Of a stretch of 64,000 nucleotides of DNA, positions 50,418-64,000 are shown in pieces. Within the stretch, counting starts at the first letter, position 1. Each line of letters starts with the position of its first letter. Source of the DNA: Paraspadella gotoi. Lineage: Eukaryota; Animalia; Chaetognatha. The notes under the pieces were generated by a model. The model saw only the letters and a list, made by a program, of their open reading frames with translations. It made no database searches and was not told the origin of the DNA. The DNA is taken from positions 21,948,278-22,012,277 of the forward strand of contig CM119265.1 in assembly GCA_051294375.1 (NCBI GenBank), in the 5' to 3' direction. Position numbers and translations under genes: made by a program.

Positions 50418-53400
50418 GAAAGAAAGAAGAAAGAAGAAAGAAAGAAAGAAAGAAAGAAAGAAGAGAAAGAAGAAAGAAAGAAAGAAAGAGAGGAGAGAGA
50501 GCAGGTAAAAAGGAAAGACGTTTTTCGTCAGATTAGAATAAGAGCTGTCAAACATTGAGACTGAAAGAATAAGCAAAAAGCAGAAGATGATGGGAACCAA
50601 AAAAAAAAGTTTGTCAAGGAAAAAAAACTCTAAAGGAGAGGGATACGAAGACAATAGACATATGAAAAGAGACAGGAAAGAGAAAGAGAAGTGAAAGGAG
50701 GAGGAAGAGAGAGACAATCGGAGATCGTCGCATGCAAGATCGAGAAACTTCTAGTTGCGTTGGGCGTTTACCTAGATTTTTTTTTTTTTTTTTTTTTTTT
50801 GCGATCTAAAAACGATAAAAAAGCGAATGAAGTCGTTAAAGAGACGGTTTTAAAACGGGGACGTTAAAACGACCTCCCTTCGCGCGATTGGTCGAAAAAA
50901 TCAAGAGGATTCACTCAAAATAGCGTAAAATCCGCGAAGCCACGCTGCGTCGTCGGGTAAGGAAAAAAATTAATTGACTTTGAAAAGTTTCAAACGTCCA
51001 TTAAAAATACAATTGGGAATGATGACTTTTATTTTGTAATTAGGGCAAATAATTTATTCAAATAGACGCGAAAGATTTTTTTTTTTTGTAGGGGGTTTAC
51101 TTCGATCTAATTTCAAATATAAACAAACCTGATAAGAATTATGTAGATATTAACATTCTGATTTGAAGTTCATCAGATTATATTGACATGAACTTTGTGC
51201 AAACTTTGTCGCCCGAGTCGCTGAAATCTTGAATCGCGGCGACCGCGTCCCAAATTTTTTTCAACCGAAGATGAATGAATGAATCGAGAAGAAAAAAAAA
51301 GTAGGGAAGAAAAAAAAACTGGGTCACCAAATTCGAAGCGCGGGATTTCGGGAGGCAACGGGGACGCGAAGAATGAAGAGGCGATTTCGCCGCCGTCATC
51401 GTTTACCGTCATCGTCATCGGAGCTGTCACCGATTGTCTACCGACACTGTCATCATTGTGGCTGGAGTTAACGCGATCTCATTTATTATCGATGAAAAAG
51501 CCGTTCCAAAAATCTCAATCATTGTATTGTTTTTAAAACTTTTTCGAACATCATTATGACCCAAACTTCGCGATCGTCCTCGTCATCATCTTCCCAGTCA
51601 TTGTCGATAACAACTTCGTCGCTGTTATCGTCGTCTTTGTCGTCGTCACCGACTCTTGGGTCGTCCGACTTCGCGTCATGAATGCTTTTGTGTTGTTGAG
51701 AGAATCGTCAGAAATTTCAGACCAGGGGAAAAAAAAAATCGGCCAACGTGATTTTCGTCGAAGGAAAAAGGATGGGATGGAATTGGGATGGAATTGGATT
51801 TTTAAATCAGATGGAATTGAATGGAAATCGAAATTCATCTGCGGTTTTTTTTCTTCTTCTTCCGCGATTCGCGAAACAGACCGAAAGAGAGTTCCTGTCG
51901 TGCCTCTTCCTCCGCGGACCAACCCATTCGAAGACTACCTCGATTCGATGCCTCGAATATTCCCACTTTTCCGCCAAAAATACTTCCTCCCACGCGGGCT
52001 TGTCATTTAGCTTCGAAGAGGCAACAACGAGTAGAGGGCTTTTAATTTCAAACAAGGTTTGGTCCTTTGCTAAGTTTAAAGCAGAGCTTTTAAATTCGAT
52101 TCGAAGCAAACAGTAGTCCTGAATAAATAACTTGTCACGAAGTCTTTGATTTCATTTCTGTCAAGTCTCAGATTAGACTCTCTCTCTCACTCAAGGTAGG
52201 CGCGCCTTTTATTCTTTCACTTGAGATGACCTTCGGTTAACGACAAAACTGTTGTGCACAGTTAACGATCGGGCTTGTATGCTATGCCGCTATGCCGCTA
52301 TGCCTCGTTTCGATTTGTCCCGAGCTTTCGCTCGTAACGTTCGATTCCGACGGAGAGGGACAGTCCTTATTCCCGCCCCAAATTGGCTCGTTCCAGGGAC
52401 TCGAAGGAAGAGAGACAGAGACAGAGAGAAACGGAGACAGACATTTACGTAAATCGCGAAATTTTTTCAAAGAGACGCGCTGTTTTGTCAGCGCAAACTT
52501 GGCGTCTGCCAGTCCGGAAGAATGCGCTTCTACGATTTAATTATGTTTATATAGGGGAGGAAATTAGGGCTAGCGTAACGAGATTAACCTGAAGGAGAAA
52601 CAATTTGAATCCGTAGGTCTTTTGCACTTGCTCTGTTCAAAGGTAATTCTGATGGAGACAATTCTCTGAAGAATATCATCCAAAGACTCATTGATTAACC
52701 GATGCATAATATTCGTTTATTGTTTGATAATTGATTTATATCTTTGATTTATGTCTTTGCAATTCGATCTGTATCGTAAGTATCACCAACGTGAAAAGTA
52801 GCATTACCTCAATGCAAAACATTTATTGATCTAACCTGGTTTAATAGCCTCAGCCTAAAATGATTTTAAGCTTTCTTACAAAAATTAAATATTGGTTGTA
52901 CCAATTTCATATAATATTAACAAAAACATGTCATTTAACGTTCAACTTTCAAAGGAGAAACTCATGGATACTGGCCGATTGAGCGGAAAAATGTAAATGA
53001 AAGACTTGCGACATGTTGGGATAACTTAACTGTGTTTACTCGGCACACAACGAGTCAAAAGAAAAGAAGAGAGAGAGAGAGAGAGAGAGAAGGAGAGAGA
53101 GGAGAGGCCTGTAGAACCTGAAGAAGGAGGAGGACGATTTTCCCGCTGATAACGTAAATTCGATCGTAAAAATTGGACCGTAACCGCGATGAATTGGAAC
53201 TCCTTCTCCGCTTCAGAATGCCTCTTGAAAAATGAATATTGCGGAGAATGAATGACGATTTAGTATTTTATCAGTCGCTGAGTAATAACTTATAGCTTAT
53301 TTTTTCAAATTTAAGTCATCAACACTAAACAATTTACAGCGCAGTTATATGATGATTATATATATATATTTAATGACATTCTATATTCAATTATTTAAAA

Positions 53401-53423
53401 AAGGTAAGTAATTATTTCTGAGA

Positions 53424-57512
<4,089 letters not shown>

Positions 57513-57604
57513 AACATTTATTTCCATTACCATATTTTTCCCTAACACTTTTTTAATAAATTATGGGAAAAAAACGGCTGTTTATTAAATTAACCTACCG
57601 TACA

Positions 57605-57637
<33 letters not shown>

Positions 57638-58336
57638 ATTCCAAATGTTCATTCTTCATCAAGATCATTGATAGTTTGGGTGATACCACGTAATAATCGT
57701 TTTTAAGCGATATGTGATTTTGAAAAAGAAGTAAAATATCCAGTTGAGGAGAAAATAAAATCGAATAAATTCAAGTCAAGTATATTAGTTATATTTAAAA
57801 ATGACCAAAAACCGTAAATGAGGTTCTTTAAAAACGAGATTATGCCCCAAAAAGCAAAAAGCAACAAAAAGAAGAAAAACTCTGAAATACACGTAGAAAA
57901 AAAAAACAAAAGGCACGCCGTTGTTGTCGAAAGTTGGATTAATGACGGAACGCGGGGCCGAAATTGGAAAATTTAATCGTCGTTTCCCGCCGAGAGAGAC
58001 TTTTCTGGGCCGAAGAAAAAAAAATAAAGAAAAAAATAGAGCAAAAACAAACATTTGAACTTTTCGATCTGGTTAGGTTTTTTTTTTTTTGGTTTGGCCC
58101 GTGGATAATGAAGACTGGTTAGATTGCGGCGTTGTTAAAATTTCACTGATGCACAGTCGCGTCGCGTTTGCGAATGTGAGTTGTTAAAATTTTAAAAGGA
58201 GGATTTTCGGTTTAGGAGTCGGCAGTCGGCGCTCGGCAGCGTAACGGCGAGAAACCGGCATTTAAAAATTTGAGAAGGCGTTTTGTGACTCAGAAACATT
58301 TTTTAAGCGAAATCTCGCGGAAAAGTCAATCAATGT

Positions 58337-58404
<68 letters not shown>

Positions 58405-59875
58405 GCCAACGATTAACTTTTGGAACAGTCTTGCTCTTTCAATTTAGTCATAATTACTATCGTAAATTTTGCCCAACTTTGCTCCGAAAAAAAGAGAACT
58501 CGTTACTGTAACGTAAAACGATTATAATCGTCAGCAAAAGGGCTTAATTGAATTGAATCGCGGCCCCGGCCCCTAAAATTGCAAGACGTCAGCTTGCAGC
58601 GTGGCAAAATTTTGAGGTACCAACGCGTCGCCCACAGCTGTAATTGCGCCACTAATTTGAGGTGGACGAGATGACTCGATGACAAGGACGATAACGTTAC
58701 TACGACTTTGATAAGTACGATGTATTGCTTATAGTAAGTTACTTGCTTGTAGATTTCCTGTTGTATTCGCGAATGAATGCCGCTTCGTAATGAATGCAAT
58801 GAACATAGCAACAACAACGCAGCAATGTCGATGACAAGAAAACGATGAAGTTGACGACGACGACGTCGATGATGACGACGTAAGCGACGGTACGAGGCTC
58901 GAGAGGAAAAATGCCTTTCGCTGCGACGCTAATGAGTGGAATTATCTCTTAATCGCTCGGGAATGGCGACTTTCGATGGAAGCGGCCGCCGTCACGAAGA
59001 CTTCGTGATAAATATTAATGTTATCGTATCGACGAAAAAATTCAAAATTCGTATTATCGTTCTGATTCTTTTTTTAATAAAAAAGAATCTTTAGGCCCAG
59101 TTCAAACGAATTCGGTTGAAGATAATATCAAAGAGCGCTCTTAGTCCTACATAAACATCAATCTGGCAACAGGATTGCTGACTGCACTGAGAACGACCCG
59201 CAAAAGCGCTGGCAGGGGGGAAGATGAGCGGTGGACCAACCGTAAAAAGGCACCGAGTCGAAAGAGGTCATGACGGGGGAAAGGTAAGGAGAAATGTCTC
59301 TTTAAGATAGTACAAAATAGATCTAATGAGTAATGCGGGTGAGATAGAAGGAAGGTTTGTTATAAATTAAATATTTTAAATATGAAAAAAAAAAGACATT
59401 GCTGGAAAGCAAAGAAGGATTAGCGCAAGAAAATAGAAAAAGAGAAAAAGCCCCTATTGTACGAAATAGGGTAAGAGGTACAAAAAGTAGGTAAAGATAA
59501 AAAGGTAAGTCAAAACCTCGAGGGCATTCGTGTTCCAACATTGACGAGGAGGTGGCGGGGGGCCGGGGGAGAAACACGATTGGCCAACGCCGATCGAACC
59601 CGAACAATAAAAGTCGGAGAAGCGAGAAAACCAAGAATCGATTCAGATTTGGAGTAAAAATCGGAAGGTAACGATGAAGACCAAAGCGGGAGATTCGGTT
59701 CTGATCGACGCAAATTGGGAAGATGACGATTTCCAGTTTATGGTCTCAGATCTCCCTCCCCCCTGACGAATGTTTAGGCGGGGGGGGAGGTGAGGTTTGT
59801 GAGAAAATATCCATTATTCAGTATAATATTCACGCATCTTGATTTGGTTTATTTGTGATTTTATTGCGAGATTTT

Positions 59876-59920
<45 letters not shown>

Positions 59921-60031
59921 TGCATTCAAATTACAATGTTCAACACGATTGCGATTTCGATGATCCTAGATAATTCTCCGACGCGACGAATCCATGATCT
60001 TTTTTGTCGAAAAAAAAGAGGACGAAATGTT

Positions 60032-60111
60032 AGAGGAAGAAGAGGAAGAGGAGGAAGTGGAGGAGGAGGAAGTGGAGGAGGAGGAAGCGGAGGAGGAGGA
60101 AGCGGAGGAGG
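60032..60111. repeat. Purine-rich 15-bp tandem repeat (GGAGGAAGYGGAGGA)
   Basis: About four units; gives a spurious GGSGG ORF. Confidence 0.85.
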
Positions 60112-61802
60112 TCTTTTTTGTTCTATCGCGGATCGGTTAACTTTTGGCCTCGTCTACAGAGAACCTGACACACAAGACTCAATTGACAGGTTACAAGGTG
60201 GCTTTTCAACTCTTTTTTTTTTCCGCTGGGGTTCTTTCGCTTCAGGTATCCCAGAGAAAAAAAGTGTTGTTATTGTTGTTGTTTAACCACATAAACTAGG
60301 GGCTGGTGGCCAATACTTTAAACTCTGTCACTTGCGCTGATGAAGGGTCGCATAAAACTCGAAACATGAAAGTTTTTATATTTTTAATAAAACAAATCAA
60401 AATTTTTTTCATCGAAAATTAATATCTAAAACTATTTTATATGCGTAAATTTTTTACTATTTTGTTTTGAGGAGAAAGATAGCCTTAAAAACGTTTCTCA
60501 CTTTTAAACTATTTTTTTTATTTAATTTTTTTAAATTTAAGTAAGTACTGTAACTGTATCATAAAAATTGACTGCCGAACCTTAGTTTCATTGAAATAGT
60601 AAAAATTGAGTCATTTTAAGTTTTAGATATCTTAAATATATCTATCATAATTAAACCAAAGCTATCTATATCACAGTATCTTTAAATATACTATTATTTA
60701 TATTTTTAAGGGCTTTCAGACGATATTAATATAATAAAGTTTATAAATCAGCTACAGTTGTATTTTTTTAGACATGGTATAAGAATCTAAATAAATCGTG
60801 ATGCTGAGAATTAAGTAAAAATCTTTTCGGGTTCGAAAAAATAAAGAAAGAGAGGAATGTCTCTTCCCCTCTTTCCCCTGAGAAACCCCACTTGCCCTCC
60901 ACACGCGCCCCACTGAGAAAGTCGATAGATTAAAAAATGTGTACTTCTGACTTGACTTATGTCCAAACTTTTGTCTTCACTTTTTTTTAAATTGATTTAG
61001 CTTTAACACAGCGAAAACGTCTCTGTAGTTTACTCGTTTTTTCATACGTTATAATTAAAATTGACGCGGAAGAAACTTTCATAAAGAAAGTCGTCATTTT
61101 TTGGAGGATCTTTTGGGTGACTTGTTTTCCGAACTACCGACCGAGCGACATTAGTAATCATTCATTTCCGGGCAAACCGGACCAACTATCTATAAATAAC
61201 ACTACCCGCAAATCCTTGGATGTGATGAAAATGATTGACATAAAAGCGTCCCGCTTCCGATTTAACTCGTGCCCTCATAATACGGAATGAGAAAGGCGAT
61301 AGTGATAGTTGCGGCAATGAGGCATGCGTAGTCGTTGAAATGCAAGGCATTTGATGTGATATAAAATGTTTTACTGAGCTATGTCAATGCTTTGCTAAAT
61401 TATAAAAAACTATTCGGGGAACAATCAATAGAAGCAAAATCAAAAAAATTGTTGCCATTGTGAGAAAACAAAAATGACATTTTGCAAAATTCTATCTTCT
61501 TTCGGGTGTTTTTCAATCTAAATTGAAAGCGTTTCGCCGAGGCTCTCTGATATTTGTGCGCTACGAATTTTGGGTGCAGCAGTGATGGAAGGGAGGTGAG
61601 GCAGGTGAGTTTGTTTATATTAAGAGGGGGGACATCGGGAAGAGAAATGGGGGATTTTCGATGGACGGAACGAAAAGCGATATGGCGATTGTGATCAAGA
61701 AGGATGATTTTCGACTGACATTTTATCTCGATAACGTTTCATAACTTTAACAGACACTCTTACTCTCTATCTCTTTCTTTTTCTCTTCTCTTTCTATCTC
61801 AC

Positions 61803-61996
61803 TCAATTAATATCGACGTGGAACTTGGTTGCAACAACTTTTGTTTAAAACTGTACTGTATCAATCGATCAAACACATCAAAAGGGTCATGTGCCGCTTT
61901 ATTTAATTTAAAGTGTTCGCAGTACTCTTTCATTAGTTGATAAAAAATAGAGAGAACCCTCTCCTTAATCTGAGGGGAAGCTTGAGCAAATTTGAG
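61803..61996 (-). CDS. Putative internal exon of an unidentified gene
   Basis: Long polypyrimidine tract then TGCAG| LKFAQASPQIKERVLSIFYQLMKEYCEHFKLNKAAHDPFDVFDRLIQYSFKQKLLQPSSTSILI GA|GTGAGA. Helical, protein-like composition; family not recognised and no partner exon found. Confidence 0.35.
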
Positions 61997-63792
61997 CTGC
62001 ACTCCGGGAAAAGAAAAGAAAAAAAGCTTTCGCGTAGATTATGAAGGATTTCGCCAAATTATCGGGTTAATTTTTTTTCCTCTCTCTTCCTTTTTTGTGC
62101 GATTTTTTGGAAATGGAAGTACATAAACGTACTTGGTATATTCGCCCTATTGCTTATCTTGAAAAAAATGTTTTTGGGTTAATAATAAGAAAGATCTTGC
62201 TCCGACGCGGTGTGTGTGTGTGAAAAAAATCCCGGTTCTCTGTTTGCCATATGAACTCGAGGACGACATTCCTGCCTTAATTAAAAAGGGTCAACCCCAT
62301 CGACATTCGACTCGAACCAAAAAGAAAAAAAATAGGGGAGCTCGACCACTTTCGGCCCTAAAGACCGGAGAGAACGATCGTTAAACGCTTTTTGATTAGG
62401 AGCGGAATTCCCGGGAATCGAATTTTCCGATTCGGGACTTTTTCTTATTTTTTTTTCTCCCGGCGAAGACCTAATAAGTCAGGGCGACTCAAAATTCTAT
62501 TTCGTTGTTGTTCTCACTTGGCTGACGAATTTGGCCTTTCGGAAAACGAAAATAGGAACTTAATTATTATGAGTTGCATTATGTAATTTTCAAGATAAAT
62601 CTATGATGATGTTATACATTAACACGAAATGACTTAAAATAGCATTACTTTCTTATTGACTAATATCTTCCAAGGTGACAAGTAAAAGTTAACAGCCATT
62701 ATGCCTAATCATTATATTAACGGAGCGTCTATTTCTTCGTCGGGACGATTTTCTGCTTGCTCCGGTACAAGGAAATTCATCAGCCGCTCCGAATCAGATG
62801 AAATTCGTTTCACGAATTAAAATGAATATTAAAAATCTTAATATTAAATTATTACTGAAAAACATTTTTAATTATCTGAATATGCCCCTGTCCTTTATTT
62901 CAGAGCAGAAGTTAAGTATCGACTTAATATTAATTTAATAATAATAATATTGAAGCAAGCGATGTTCTATTTATCACTGATATCAGTGACTTTCTCTCGG
63001 TCCCCGCGTCGCGTCCTTCCAACTCGAGACTTTTTTCTTTTGTCTTTCAGAAACAAAAGACAAAAGTCAAAGCGACAGCAATGGCCGCCATTTGAGCAGG
63101 CGTGTCTCTTGCCTTACTTGATTGATCACTTTCCCCATTTTTTCTTTTGTTTTCGCTTCTTTACATTACCTTACCTCACAGGAAAAGTTTCGACGTGTCC
63201 TTTCCTCGTCGTTTTTGCTTTTTTTTTCAACTAAAATCATTTAAATTTTGTATTCTTTTACGTCTGATTAAAATCTCAGCTCGTCTTTAGGTGATCAGTG
63301 GCATTTTTTTTTTAAACCGGAAATTTCAATGCCCCCCTGCTGATGAAGAGGGACATTCTTCCTAAAGACAATAAATTAGCATTTATATTAAATCCGAAGA
63401 CTCGTGAATCGTGATATCTGAGTTTGGACTTTACTTCGTCTCAAGGACTTATCGTTTGGGATCTCTTCATTATTTCACCATTACTCATGATCTACCTCTT
63501 AGTCATAATGTTGTTTTCTTATTGTTTTTTCCTCGTTCACCTCTTTGACAATTGCCAATCACTCGAATATTTTATATAATATATATTCGTGTTTTTCTCT
63601 TTTCCTTTACGAAAATTTCACCCTTTTCCATTTTCTGTTCTATGTACTTCAAAAATTTTTTTTGGTGCGTCCAAAATTTTTTCGATAATATTTAATTTAT
63701 AATTTTCCACTCTCGCTTTCTAGAGAAAAAAAAATTCTTTCTGGCCTGGAAAAGCGTATAACGTTCCTCGTCAATAACCAGCGAAACTAATT

Positions 63793-64000
63793 ATGCCCGT
63801 AACGATGAGCGGCGTTGGCGAGACTCAACGGCAGGGCCACTTCCACCTCGAACCGTCCGAGAAGAAGCCAACTCTAGCGACGGAGCAATGGCCGCTGCTT
63901 CTCAAAAATTTTCACAAGCTAAACGTCCGATCTAACCACTACGTTCCCCTCGTCAACGGCTGCTCGCCCCTTCAGCGTCCCATCCAGGATTACGTCAAGA
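63793..64000 (+). CDS. DKC1: Dyskerin / H/ACA snoRNP pseudouridine synthase subunit 4, N-terminal coding exon (runs off window)
   Basis: MPVTMSGVGETQRQGHFHLEPSEKKPTLATEQWPLLLKNFHKLNVRSNHYVPLVNGCSPLQRPIQDYVK matches the conserved dyskerin/Cbf5 N-terminus (QWPLLLKNFDKLNVRT.HYTPL..G..PL.R.I.DY). In-frame TAA at 63775 precedes ATG 63793. Confidence 0.96.
   Translation, partial: MPVTMSGVGETQRQGHFHLEPSEKKPTLATEQWPLLLKNFHKLNVRSNHYVPLVNGCSPLQRPIQDYVK

Noticed and set aside
58503-59010. Asp-rich plus-strand frame with one internal TGA, and a 104-aa minus ORF; considered an alternative genetic code
   Set aside because: (GAC/GAT)n-type low complexity. The clean IgSF and dyskerin exons use TGG for Trp and have no internal TGA.

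Overview
Eukaryotic, probably invertebrate animal, draft scaffold: AT-rich introns, CpG-rich exons, GT-AG introns, many microsatellites and N-gaps. Main content: (1) A minus-strand, 9-exon type I membrane immunoglobulin-superfamily (IgSF) gene of about 792 aa, reconstructed by hand with all splice phases matching. It encodes a signal-like segment, Ig1 with a ~100-aa S/T/P/A-rich insert starting at an RPKR furin-type site, CD80-like C2-set Ig2, a cysteine-less Ig-like domain 3, a TM helix and a long tail. The colinear copy runs 45890 to 20931. (2) A frameshift-riddled Ty3/Gypsy retrotransposon (PR-RT-RNaseH-IN, minus strand, ~4700-10580). (3) The first coding exon of dyskerin (DKC1/Cbf5) at the right edge. 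Much of the window is redundant: 1133-18550 repeats ~22450-32112, 35040-43500 is an inverted copy of ~43630-53420, and parts of that arm recur in tandem. Clean and indel-rich stretches alternate between copies, which most likely reflects gap-filling with uncorrected long reads and/or two haplotypes rather than true paralogues. I found no prokaryote-type system. The most unusual biology is the IgSF receptor's architecture.
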